DNA of 63,275 bases, the filler included, from Chiloscyllium plagiosum (lineage: Eukaryota): assembly GCF_004010195.1 (NCBI RefSeq). It is 4 parts of 2 records of this genome, joined end to end, with 100 filler letters (N's around TTAATTAATTAA, not from the genome) between each part and the next. Parts side by side here need not be neighbours in the genome. Positions count along the whole stretch, not along the records: positions 1 to 30,931 come from NC_057711.1; positions 31,032 to 55,017 come from NC_057711.1; 2 more parts are not named here. One strand, 5' to 3'. This document shows, piece after piece, positions 26,492-38,071 of this stretch. The translations under genes and the position numbers were made by a program. Under the pieces are notes generated by a model. That model saw only the letters and a program-made list of their open reading frames with translations. It was not told where the DNA came from and did not search any database. The first letter of the stretch is position 1. Every line of letters begins with the position of its first letter.

Positions 26492-27355
26492 TGTTACGAC
26501 ACGGGGTAAACCCTCCTGCTTAATTTAAACCAGCAACACAGAAAAGATTTATCCTGTGCAGTAATCTGTGAAAAGTCAAGAGGCAATGAACTATCTAAAG
26601 TAAAAATTAACAACTTTATTTCTTAAGATATAACAGGGAATAATTAACTAACAGCTATTTACAACTCCTTCCTCTAACCTATCTTTACTTTCCTCTTCTC
26701 CAATACTAGTCTGATAAAACCCCTGATTAAGATTTTACCAAAAATTCAAATTTTCAAAACCAGCCAGATGTCGAATTTTCTCTGAGCTTCCTCAGTCTTC
26801 TTCACTTCTTAGGGATTTCTGTTTCATAGATTACTGATCAGTAAAGGTACCCTTAACAGAGCTATTCTCCAGGCAGTCTGCATATGCTGGTGGTATGGCA
26901 GCTCTCCTCATCTTCATCTTCCTGTAGGAGTACAGCTCCAAGACCTATGTCATGAGCATCAATGGCAACTTTAAAGGGTTTTGAATAGTTTGGTGTAGAT
27001 AAACTGGTTTGGTGGCTTTCAAATGATCAAATGCCTCCTGGTATTATTCTGTCCACCGAAACTTTGTGTTCTTCTTCAGTAAATCGGTTAACGGTGCCAC
27101 TACACTGCTGGAGTTTGAAACAAACCTCCGATAGAATCCGCTGAGTCCTAAGAATCAAAGCACCTCTTCCTTTGAGGTCGGTCATGGAAATTCCTCGATG
27201 GCTTTTGCCTTTGCATTCCGTAGGGTCAACCTTCCTTGACCGACGTTATGTCCCAAGAACGTCACTATCCCGGATGAGCCCCCAAACTGTTACGACATGG
27301 GGTAAACTCTCCTGCTTAATTTAAACCAGCAACACAGAAAAGATATACCCCATGT
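26492..27355 (-). mobile_element. Internally deleted Gypsy LTR retrotransposon (LTR pieces, tRNA-Pro PBS, RT/RNase H fragment)
   Basis: Two LTR ends (tgttacgac at 26492 and 27288). 26925-27266 translates on minus as VTFLGHNVGQG...[12 protein letters not shown]...APLTDLLKK...PFKVAIDA...GAVLLQ, with stops and a frameshift. Confidence 0.85.
27267..27284 (-). other. Primer-binding site complementary to tRNA-Pro
   Basis: Minus strand TGGGGGCTCATCCGGGAT is one mismatch from the canonical Pro PBS TGGGGGCTCGTCCGGGAT and lies 3 nt after the LTR-terminal CA. Confidence 0.85.
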
Positions 27356-27509
27356 CTTAACAAGCCCACCCCCCAGAGTCCCTATATCCTATGAAGTCAC
27401 AGCTCAGTTAAAGGATGGTGATGAAGTGTTAGAGGATTGTGTCAAAGGATTGTTAAGAAGGATTAAGTTAAGTTAGATTTCTATTGCCACTGTTACATAA
27501 GTTACGATT

Positions 27510-27846
27510 TGGAGGTGCCGGTGTTGGACGGTGTACAGAGTTAAAAATCATACAACACCAGGTTATAGTCCAACAGGTTTAATTGGAACACTAGCTTTCA
27601 GAGCGACGCTCCTTCATCAGGTGGTTGAAGGAGCTTGACGCTGTCAGTTACTGAGGTGATAGATTGCTGATAAGGAACCTACAAGGGGCTTATTTCTAAC
27701 CTTTCAATCTTCCCTTTTAATTCACCTGATGAAGGAGCAGAGCTCTGAAAGCTAGTGCTTCCAATTAAACCTGTTGGACTATAACCTGGTGTTATGTGAT
27801 TTTTAACTTTGTCCACCCCAGTCCAATACCAGCATCTCCACATCAT
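27510..27846. repeat. Two family-B repeats in inverted orientation, each with an intact hammerhead core
   Basis: Motifs at 27589-27623 (-) and 27723-27757 (+), both CAC-CTGATGA-AGGAGC-nnn-GCTCT-GAAA-GC-TA-GTG. Confidence 0.75.
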
Positions 27847-29671
27847 GACTCCTCTTTCAGCTATTTTAATTGCTTCTTTTCTGAAAATAATTCCTCCATT
27901 GTACCGTATCAGAATCAATAATTGAAGTACCAATATCAAGATTCTGAGAGCTACCCGGGGCACTTAACACCAATTTGTTAACTATTTAGAAACCATTGTT
28001 ATAGTGGTGGTATGAGATACATTGCATTTACACAATTCCGTTGATCTCAAGTCTTTCAATAAACTGGCTTTGCAAAAAAAATCCAGTTTATCAGGTAAAT
28101 AAGAAAGTAATGAACAAATGTAAAATTAACAAATGTAAAATTGTAAGAGTCTAAAAAGCTGAATTTAATTGATATGATTAAAGTTCACAACATCTGGTGT
28201 GTCAACTGTCAGTTGCCTATTTAGCACTGAGCTGTCTCATATAGGTAGGTATTGAGTGGCAGCTGTGACTATAAACAGTTGAGCAGCATGGGCATTCAAA
28301 GGCAATTCATGGTAAACTGTTTGAAAACCTGGTCATTTTAATCTGATCAGCCCAGCAGGAAACCAACAGGATCAAACAAGTCGCTTACTTTACAGCCAGC
28401 CACATTGAAGTCAGTGCGAAATAAAATTCAGCAGGATGTAAAATGGGTGGTTGATTAAAACTGTTTCTCACATTCTTCCTAAACAAAAACCATCACAGAA
28501 AAGATATGTTTTTAAAAAAGTTAAAAATCACGCAACACCAGATTATAGTCCAACAGGTTTAATTGGAAGGACTAGCTTTTGGAACACTGCTCCTTCATCA
28601 GGTGGTTGAGATTCATTTCTATACCTTTAAACAGAGGCATTGAAATGAATCTAAAACCTAGACGGACATAGCTGAAATCTACAATGCTGGGTGTACAATT
28701 TGGTACTGCCTGCTGCAGAAGGCTCAGGCCCCTGCCTTGTATTTACAAAAAACACAAACAGATGTGATCCATTCTGTTTTTATAGCTCACAATCCAAAAC
28801 TTGAATTCCCTAAATTACTAGCCTTCTTCATTCACATAAGCACAACATTCTTCATTGTTTTGGTGGGTGGGGTGTAAAAGAGAGAGGTGATTTCTATCTT
28901 TTTGATGTTATAATTGTTATAATTAAAATTGAATCACAAACACATCTGGAAAATTATCAAACAGTATAATCAACAAGTGTATTTTAAAAGGCTAATTACC
29001 CTCTTTCAGTGACTATTCCAGCTGCAAAATAAGCCGTAGTGTTGAACAAGGTCCACAGAAAATATTTTGTTTTCATTATTCAAGCTGACATGAGCACAAA
29101 CTCATCTCTGTGCTGAGGCTCCAAGCCAAGCTACTGAACAATCCACACCTGTCAACATTCCTCTGTCTGATGTACAGTTCAATCTCTCTCTCGCCCCCAC
29201 CCCTGAAGTTTGGCCACAATAGATAAAGATTGCAGACCACCAGGTGTGAACAGCAGTGATTACTTTGGAATTTAACACACTGTTTTTATGCAGTTTTCCA
29301 GGCTTGAGCCCGAATAACCTTCCTGCTGCTTGTCCAGCTAAGATAACAATGTCTTTTATTGGATTATCCTGCATGGCGTATCTGGAACCAAGCAGAAGCT
29401 ATCTCATCTGTCAGTAACAGAACTCTACCTACCCTTCCCTTCTGACTTTCAGTTCTTTTTAAGTAAAACTTTAAATAAGTTAAACAGCCCCTACGTGACG
29501 CAGTCAGTTGATGAGGTGGTAGATTGCTAATACGGCACCTAGAAGAGGCTTATTTCTAACCTTTCACTCTTCACTTTAAATCAATACAAACTTCCCCAAT
29601 ACAAACTCATAGCAATAAATAAAATGACCAGGTTTTCAAACAGTTTACCGTGAGTTGCGTTTGAATACCTG

Positions 29672-29970
29672 TGGGTCGGCACAGTGGCTACCTCATAGCG
29701 CCAGGGACCCAGGTTTGATTCCCGCCTCAGGCCACTGTCTGTGTGGAGTTTGCACATTCTCCCTGTGTCTGCGTGGGTTTCCTTATGGGTGCTCTGGCTT
29801 CCTCCCACAATCCAAGGATGTGCCGGTCAGATGAATCGGCCATGCTAAATTGCACATAGTGTTAAGTGCATTAATCAGGGGTAAATATTGGGTGGGTTAC
29901 TCTTCGGAGGGTTGGTGTGGACATGTTGGGCCAAATGGCCTGTTGCCACACTGTAGGGAATCTAATCTAA
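29672..29970 (+). mobile_element. V-SINE (HE1-like)
   Basis: B box ggtttgattcc, V core, tail cacactgtagggaatctaatctaa. Confidence 0.88.
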
Positions 29971-30437
29971 TAAGCGAAAATGACTAACCTCATTAGCAAA
30001 AAAACAGATTGAACTCATTTATGGGTGTAGGCATAAATGGCTCGGCCAGCATTTATTGCCCTAAAACTGAGGGCCTTGTTGGGTCATTTCAATTGCAAGA
30101 GTCAACCACCTTGATTGCTGTGAGTCTAGATTGCTGCACCAGCTAAGGACAGGAGATTTTGTTCCCCTAAAGGTGAATCAGAGGGATTTTTAAGACCGTT
30201 GACAATGGTTACATCCTTTCATCATGGATTTTTAAGACAGGGTGTATCAAATGTTTGTACCAGAACACAGTGTAGGGTATTTAGTCAATCAGCTATGTGT
30301 ATGTGATTACAGAAACATAGTAGACACAAAACACAGGCGATGTGTTTAATTGTGTAATAACGTAGTTATCTAAATGTTAGTACTGTAAATCAATTTTGTC
30401 ATAGTTGTCGAAACAATTACCAGAGTTGCTGTGATAT

Positions 30438-30931
30438 ATAGAGTCATAGAGATATCCAGCATGGAAACAGACCCTTTTGTTCAACCCGTTCATGCTGACC
30501 AGATATCCCACCCCAATCTAGTCCCACCTGCTAGCACACAGCCCATTTCCCTCCAAACCCTTCCTATTCATATACCCATCCAAATGCCTCTTAAATGTTG
30601 CAATTGTACCAGCCTCCACCACTTCCTCTGGCAGCTCTTCCATACACGTACCACTCCCTGCGTGAAAACATTGCTGCTCAGATCTCTTTTATATCTTTCT
30701 CCTCTCACCCTAAACCTATGTCCTCTAGTTCAGGACTCCCTGACCCCAGGGAAAAGACTTTGCCTATTTACCCTATCCATGCCCCTCATAATTTTGTACA
30801 CCTCTATAAAGTCATCCCTCAGCCTCTAACACTCCAGGGAAAACAGCCCCAGCCTGCTCAGCCTCTCCCTATAGCTCAAATCCTCCAACCCTGGCAACAT
30901 CCTTGTAAATCTTTTCTGAACCCTTTCAAAT
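30438..30931 (-). mobile_element. CR1-type LINE 3' end
   Basis: Reverse complement of the ORF2 C-terminus and tail seen at 39071-39587. Confidence 0.9.
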
Positions 30932-31031
30932 NNNNNNNNNNNNNNNNNNNNNNNNNNNNNNNNNNNNNNNNNNNNTTAATTAATTAANNNNNNNNNNNNN
31001 NNNNNNNNNNNNNNNNNNNNNNNNNNNNNNN
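30932..31031. other. Assembly linker N44-TTAATTAATTAA-N44
   Basis: Exactly 100 bp and identical to the blocks at 55018-55117 and 61972-62071. The 12-mer has stops in all six frames. Confidence 0.95.
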
Positions 31032-32170
31032 CGTGGCACGGGTAACAAACCAGAGGCAACAACTCTGTTTGTTCTAACTCCAAGCTTCCAACCTAGCTCC
31101 CTGAAAGCCTGTCTAACATCCTCTGCACTCCTCCTACCTATGTCGTTGGTGCCCATGTGGACCACGACTTCGGGTTGCTCCCCCTCCCCCTCCAGGGCCC
31201 GGAAAACACGATCAGAGACATCACATACCCTTTCACCTGGGAGGCAACATACCAAACGTGAGTCTCTCTCGTTCCCACAAACCGCCTATCTGTGCCCCGA
31301 ACTTTCGAGTCCCCAATTACTACTGCTCTGCTCTTCTTCACCCTTCCCTTCTGAGTAACGGGGACCGGCTCCGTGCCAGAGACCTGAGCCCCGTTACTTA
31401 CCCCTGGTAAGTCATCCCCCCCACAAGTATCCAAAACGGTATACTTGTTCTTGAGGGGAACGGCTGCAGGGGGTCCCTGCACTGGCTGCTTCCTCCCAGT
31501 CCCCCTCACTGTCACCCATCTATCTGCCATCTTTGGAGTTACTACTTCGCTATAACTCTGATCTATGACCCCCTCTGCCTCCCGAATGATCCGAAGTTCA
31601 TCCAACTCCAGCTCCAGTTCCCTAACACGGTCTTGGAGGAGCTGGAGATGGGTGCACTTCCTGCAAGTGTCATCGGCAGGGACGTCGATGGCATCCCTCA
31701 CCTCATACATGTTGCAGGAGGAACATTGCACTGCCTTCACTGCCATCCCTCTAAAGCTAACTTTTATTTTTAAAAAAACTTGGTCTAAAGAATACAACAA
31801 GCAAAATTCAGCACTTACCTACTTACCACAACAGGTGTTATTATTAGGTTAGAGGAGGAGGGCGGGTGGGAGGCACTACCCGTGTAGTGCCTCGGGTTCC
31901 TCTCCTTCGCGCTTTTAAAGGGGGAAAAAACCTACCCAGGTAAGCTTACACTAACTGCTTCCGGGTCTCGGCTGCCCCTCTGGTCGTCGTCACTTCCCCC
32001 TGGTGCTCCCGCTCTTTCTGTGAAGAGAGAGTGAAAGAGAAAAAAAAACACCGCTGCCCGCTACCGGTAAGTACTTTTAAAACCAAACGGTCTTACCTTC
32101 GCTGCTGCTCGCACTGGAAATGACCGACGGCTTCGAAGGGTGAGTATAAATACTCACCGCTTTCCTTCCC
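31032..32170 (-). mobile_element. CR1 LINE 5' UTR and ORF1 (Zn-finger/leucine zipper plus SGNH esterase), one frameshift
   Basis: ATG at 31746: CSSC...CRKC, heptad LQDRVRELELELDEL, VIGDS and HMGTND esterase motifs. CpG-rich upstream region. Confidence 0.88.
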
Positions 32171-32174
32171 GGCT

Positions 32175-32998
32175 GAAGATGGACTGTTTCACATATCCAA
32201 CGAAGAGGTAGGCATACCTAGGGCCCATGCGGGTGCCCATGGCTACTCCTTTGGTTTGGAGGAAGTGGAAGGATTGGAAAGAGAAGTTGTTCAGGGCGAG
32301 GACCAGTTCAGTCAGTGGAAGGAGGGTGTCAGTGGAAGGGTACTGGTTGGTTCAGCGGGAAAGGAAGAAGCGGAGGGCTTTGAGGCCTTCGTGATGGGGG
32401 ATGGAGGTGTATAGGGACTGGATGTCCATGGTGAAGATAAGGCGTTGGGGGCCAGGGAAGTGAAAATCATGGAGGAGGTGGAGGGCGTGGGTGGTGTCCC
32501 GGACGTAGGTGGGGAGTTCTTGGACTAGGGGGGACAGGACCATGTTGAGTTATGCAGAGATGAGTTCGGTGGGGCAGGAGCAGGCTGAGACAATGGGTCG
32601 GCCGGGGCAGTCAGGTTTGTGGATTTTGGGCAGGAGGTAGAAGCGGGCGGTGTGGGGTTGTGGGACTATGAGGTTGGAGGCGGTGGATGGGAGATCCCCT
32701 GAGGTGATGAGGTTATGGATGGTCTGGGAGATGATGGTTTGGTGGTTTGGAGGTGGGGTCATGGTCAAGGGGGCAGTAGGAGGAGGTGTCCGCAAGCTGG
32801 CGTTTAGCCTCAGCAATATAAAAATCGGTGCGCCAAACTACCACCGCGCCTCCCTTATCTGCCAGTTTGATAGTGAGGTTGGGGTTGGAGCGGAGGGAGT
32901 GGAAAGCTGCAGGTTCCGAGGGTGAGAGGTTGGAGTGGGTGAGAGAGGTGGAGAGGTTGAGGCGGTCAATGTCACAGCGGCAGTTGGCTATGAAGAGA
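32175..32998 (-). mobile_element. Penelope-like element RT fragment (disrupted)
   Basis: TIKLADKGGAVVVW, FYLLPKIHKPDCPGRPIVS, FTMDIQSLYTSIPH, GVAMGTRMGP. Confidence 0.9.
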
Positions 32999-33308
32999 CA
33001 GTGTCTGGACAAAGTTAGAAGGCATCAACCAGGAGAACTGACCATGAGGCAATGGGGAGGAGGTGAATATTCGGTATAGGCTTAACACAGTTGGTATCAG
33101 CTCTCAGTTTTAACATGGAGCTGGGAACCACGTTCCTGCACATTACAGAATGAAATAAAGATATATATATATGATTTTTAAATGTACCTTTATTCTGGAG
33201 GCATATAATCCTTGTAAGAACAAGTGCTGGGACCAATTGTCTTGAGTGCCACGGTCCATGGCTTTTCTTCACCATCTCAGCAAAGAACCCGAGAGCCTCT
33301 ACCTTTTT

Positions 33309-33575
33309 TTAGATTACTTACAGTGTGGATACAGGCCCTTCAGCCCAACAAGTCCACACCGACCCTCTGAAGAGTAACCCACCCAGACCCATTCCCCTAC
33401 ATTTACCCCTTCACCTAACAATATGGGTCATTTAGCATGACCAATCCACCTAACCTGCATATGTTTGGACTGTGGGAGGAAACCAGAGCACCCAGTGGAA
33501 ACCCACGCAGACACTGGGGGAATGTGCAAACTCCACACAGACAGTCGCCCGAGGCGGGAATTGAACCGTGCCGCC
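33309..33575 (-). mobile_element. V-SINE (HE1-like), 5'-truncated
   Basis: Near-identical to 11090-11340. Confidence 0.88.
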
Positions 33576-34738
33576 CTACCATGAGTTCCAATAAAGCTAC
33601 CATTAATTCCTGGAACTACCAGAATGTAAGTCACAGATGGCTTAGGAAGGATGATAATAGCTTGTAGTATCCTGTGAAGGGAGAGGATCTTGATGGGTGT
33701 CTTCTTCCTCCTCTCTAACCCCAATACTTAGCTGGCGAAGGCACAAGCCTCAGACAAGATTATGGAACCCAAGTTCTGATCTGTTGGGTGCTTCTCTCCC
33801 AGAAGGCACTCTCCTGCTGCTGCTGCTGCTGCCACAGTGGGGTTCTGCTCTGTACCAGCACCACCCAACTCCTTTTCATGAGCAGGCCACTTGTTGACAC
33901 GAGGAATCCTGCTGGGAGAGAACTCTGCACATTCACTGAGTCCAACATTCAGTCTGGGGCAACAGAAATGGATGTAAGGCCCCATCTGTTAAAAAACAGT
34001 CTTCAAGAGAACAATTTGCCCCTCTAATTTCCTCCCCCCAAACCGTGCCCTGCATCCCAATGCATTCACGAGAACATGGATGTGTTCATCAGGAGCTCTG
34101 TGTTAAAGTATATACAAAGTAGTTGACAATTCTTTATTAACATTTATTAAGTTATTTTTATTAGTGTCTGTTCTTCCTTGATCAAGAAAAATACTTTCAA
34201 TTGTGATATACCTGATCTTTAGCAATCTCTGGCATAGTTTCGCTGCCTTTACTTACTTCATTCTCTAGCCCTCTACTTCACTCCTTTTCTCTATCTCTCA
34301 CTAAACTGGATTACATCCCCTCTTACTCCAAGGAAAACTTCCCCAAAACCCTTATCTCTTTGAATTCTTTCAGTATCCACCCTCAATTTCCTACTCCCTT
34401 TATCAATTTACTGTCTTTTAAAGCATCAACTTGGAACCGCCTCATCCATCATCTTTGTTTAGAGGGTGGATTTCCTTGGGATTCCACCCTCTCCATCACC
34501 ATAACTTTGGTTTCTGCTAAAAATGTGGCAGAAGATCAGGAGAATCTTTCAGGAAATTTAATTCCTTATTCATTCCAAAATTGATGATGTACAGTGCCCT
34601 GGGACTTGTCCCTTGACCTAAGTCCCTGAGTAAAATAAACATTCAAACTGCATTCAGAATATCCACTTTAATGTGTTATGCATATGAGAAATCTAAATTC
34701 TGACTGAGGTCATTTGCACCATTCTCTTGATATTTCAG

Positions 34739-34861
34739 ACATTGATGAATGCACCATCATGAATGGCGGCTGTGACACACACTGTACAAATTCCGAAGGA
34801 AGCTATGAATGTAGTTGCATTGAGGGCTACGCTCTTATGCCCGATAAGAGAACCTGTGCAG
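34739..34861 (+). CDS. FBN2: Fibrillin-2-like exon, cbEGF15 (123 nt, phase 1)
   Basis: tttcag|...|gtaggt; [41 protein letters not shown]. Confidence 0.93.
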
Positions 34862-35220
34862 GTAGGTTCAATAGGATATGTTTTTTATTATAGTTACACA
34901 ATGCTAAATGATGTAAATTTGAAAATAATTCATTGAGATCATCCACCTTCATTATCCCTGCAGTTGATACCTGCTTTTGATCTGTAAAATGGCCCTGATT
35001 AATTAATTTTTCTCAACATGTTCCCTGTATCATCTCACTATTTGCCAGTGGGCACAAAGTAGATCCTAAGAAATTTCTGATTATAGTCCTATTTCCAACA
35101 CAACTAATACTAGTCAGAACGATTTACTGTATCATAGAGTTTGTTGATGGCTCGTTAACAAATTAAAGAGGGATATTCAAAATGATGTCACTTGCCTTAT
35201 GTTTTGTCTTGCTTCATCAG

Positions 35221-35346
35221 ATATTGATGAATGTGAGGATAATCCTGATATCTGTGATGGTGGACAGTGCACTAACATTCCCGGTGAATACCGCTGTCTG
35301 TGTTTTGATGGATTCATGGCTTCGATGGACATGAGGACCTGCATTG
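35221..35346 (+). CDS. FBN2: Fibrillin-2-like exon, cbEGF16 (126 nt)
   Basis: catcag|...|gtaaac; [42 protein letters not shown]. Confidence 0.94.
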
Positions 35347-35560
35347 GTAAACAGCAAGATGACTATGACATTGTTATTTAAGTTGACAGTGTTCAGCTTT
35401 TTCCTACAATTGATCATGTTTGATGTATATGTAACACAACGTAAGTGAATTTTAACTGTTCTAGCAGAATAGCATAAATCTAGAAGGGTTATGTCACAGT
35501 AGAAATGGCCTTTGTAATTGCTGAAGTTGTTGAAAATGACATTACTTTGTGTCATTGCAG

Positions 35561-35686
35561 ATGTGAATGAATGTGAGCTGAATCCTAATATCTGTCTCTA
35601 CGGTGATTGTGAAAATACCAAAGGTTCCTTCATTTGCCATTGCCAACTGGGATATTCGGTAAAGAAGGGCACCACTGGATGTTCAG
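35561..35686 (+). CDS. FBN2: Fibrillin-2-like exon, cbEGF17 (126 nt)
   Basis: ttgcag|...|gtagga; [42 protein letters not shown]. Confidence 0.94.
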
Positions 35687-36164
35687 GTAGGACTGACCCA
35701 CTGCTGGAAGACCTGAACCTTATTGTAAAAACTTTCTTCACTCGCTTGTTGATATTAAATTTAAAATAGAAATAAATACATCCAATGTTTTGAGTACACA
35801 TTGATGCTAGGAATTTCTCCCCATAACATTTTGTTCAGTTCCAACAGCAAATGAGATTCTTCACCATCTGCTCAGAAATATTCCGCCATGCGTTTCTTGT
35901 GAGTTATAACTGTGTTGCATCTGACAGTATGCATGTTTAGCAAGTTAAATAGTTAATATAAAGATAAAAAGACCAGTTTATGCTTAAAGTTCAACTTGAG
36001 TTGAACAAGACTACCTGAGAGATTGAGTCAGCCCAGTGGAGTGTTGACTTTCTGATCTCTGAGTCATGTGAATGTGAATAGAATAATATGAAGAGGTCCC
36101 GAGCACTTTAAGCTGAGAAAAGGAAAGTTTAAAGGCTGTTTTGATTTAATTTTCAACGGCTAAC

Positions 36165-36360
36165 CACAAAGCCTCACATGTGCCGAGGATGCCAGGTTCC
36201 GACTGCCAAAACAAATCATCCCCACCCAGCCAAAGGAAGGCACTCGAACAAGACAACGACAAAGGAAGTGTTTCAAAGTCTTTCTGAAGACTTCTCTCAA
36301 GAAATATGACAAATTTGGCAAGGTGTAGGCGATCCTTATTCAGGAGAAAGCAAAGCTCCA
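36165..36360 (+). mobile_element. Degenerate RTE-like LINE fragment
   Basis: FRLPKQII.TQPKEGTRTRQRQRKCFKVFLKTSLKK resembles the RTE ORF C-terminus. Confidence 0.45.
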
Positions 36361-36374
36361 GTGTGAAGGAGCAC

Positions 36375-37140
36375 CATAAGATATATGAGCAGAATTAGGT
36401 CATTTGGCCAATCGAATCTGTTCCACCGTTTGATCATGTTTCTCAACCCCATTCTCCTGCCTTCTCCCCATAACTCTTGATCCCTTTACTAATCAAGAAA
36501 TAATCTATCTCTAGCTTAACTATACTCAATGACTTGGCCTCCACAGCCCTCTGCAATGAGTTCCACAGATTCACCACTGCCTGGCTGAAAAAGATCCTCC
36601 TTATCTCGATTCTAAAGGCTTATCCCTTCATTCTGAAGCTGTCCTAGACTCTCCTAATCATGGAAGCATCTTCTCCATGTCCACTCTATCCAGGTCTCTC
36701 AGTTCCAATCAAATCCCCCCCGTTCTTCTAAACTCCATTGAGTACAGACCCAGAATCCTCAACCACACCTCATATGACGAGTGCTTCATCCCTGGAATCA
36801 TTGTTGTAAAGATCCTCTGGACACCTCCCTCTAATGCCAATGCATTCTTTCTTAGATACAGGGCCACGAAAATTGCTCACAATATTCCAAATGCAATCGG
36901 ACAAGAGCCTTATACAGCCTCAGGAGTACATCTCTGCTCTGTATTCTAGCCCTCTTGAAATGAATGCTAACATTGCATTTGACTTCCTAATTACCAGCTG
37001 AACCTGAATGTCAACCTTAAGAGAATCCTGAACTAAGACTTGTAGTCCCATTGTGATTCAGATTTCAGAAGCCTTTCCCCATTTAGATGATATCTAAGCC
37101 TCGGCTTAGGCTTCTTGGCAAAGTACATAACCTCACAATT
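36375..37140 (-). mobile_element. CR1/L2-type LINE 3' fragment
   Basis: ccataagata tail followed by reverse-strand ORF2 3' sequence. Confidence 0.7.
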
Positions 37141-37948
37141 CTTTGAGAATACCCACGGGTCAGAGGAAAAACGGAAAAGGAACCTGAGAAGGGATTACCA
37201 GCAAGGCCAAGGACCAGTCCCCCCTCCTGAAGCACCTGCTGGGTGTGTGGTGGGAGGTGTGGCTCTAGAGTCAAGCTCATCATCCACACAATGACCCATA
37301 TAACCCAGAGCCAGAGACATTTCCAAGGTGGACAATTGCTGATGATGTCGAGCAGAAGGACAATTTGGGAACTCATTACCTACTTGAACATCACAGCTCA
37401 GGCATCTGTGGAGAGATCAATGATGTAAATAAGAGCATGAAATATTAAAACTGAGAAAAAATTTAACCTATTAATTATTCTTATGGCTAAGGTAGGAATA
37501 CCAATACATGTAAGTTCGATTGATAAAAGAGAATGGCTTTGCTATAATCAAATGCTATAATCCTTCCTTAAATATCATTTAGGAATAATTTGGCCATTTT
37601 AGTAGTTCTCACTTTAGTAGTTTTGCAAATGTAATGCATAACCCAAACATCTAGTGAGCTAAACCTGCAGTGATTCCGATAGAAAATGTCTTCTGCAAAA
37701 TACTCAACAAGTTGTTCACAATTGCACAAGCATTCCGCAAAGTAGCACTGAATGACGATATTAGCCAAAGAGAAGATGAGCGTTAGCTAAATCATTTGTA
37801 TTAAATACCAAATCCTGCAGAGCATCTTGTAAATCAACAGCACAGTTGTATTAATGTTTTGGCCTTGGTTGTTTTACTGAACAAATTATCTAAATTGATG
37901 TTAGTTCTGAAATGTATCTGCTGTGACAGCTTTATTTATAACCTACAG

Positions 37949-38071
37949 ATGTTGATGAGTGTGAAATTGGGGCCCACAACTGCGATATGCATGCTTCATG
38001 TGTCAATATTCCTGGAAGTTTCCAATGTAGCTGCCGTGAGGGATGGATTGGCGATGGCACTGTGTGTGAAG
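37949..38071 (+). CDS. FBN2: Fibrillin-2-like exon, cbEGF18 (123 nt)
   Basis: ctacag|...|gtgagt; [41 protein letters not shown]. Confidence 0.94.

Noticed and set aside
29512..29566. let-7-like sequence tgaggtggtagattg with weak fold-back
   Set aside because: The seed differs from GAGGTAG, the 3' half does not match let-7, and the stem is too short for a pre-miRNA.
30976..30987. TTAATTAATTAA as a biological motif or PacI-site repeat
   Set aside because: It is always centred in exactly 44+44 Ns, so it is a synthetic scaffolding linker.
33788..34027. Poly-Cys/Gln/Ala ORFs
   Set aside because: Caused by a short (CTG)n microsatellite, with no coding evidence.
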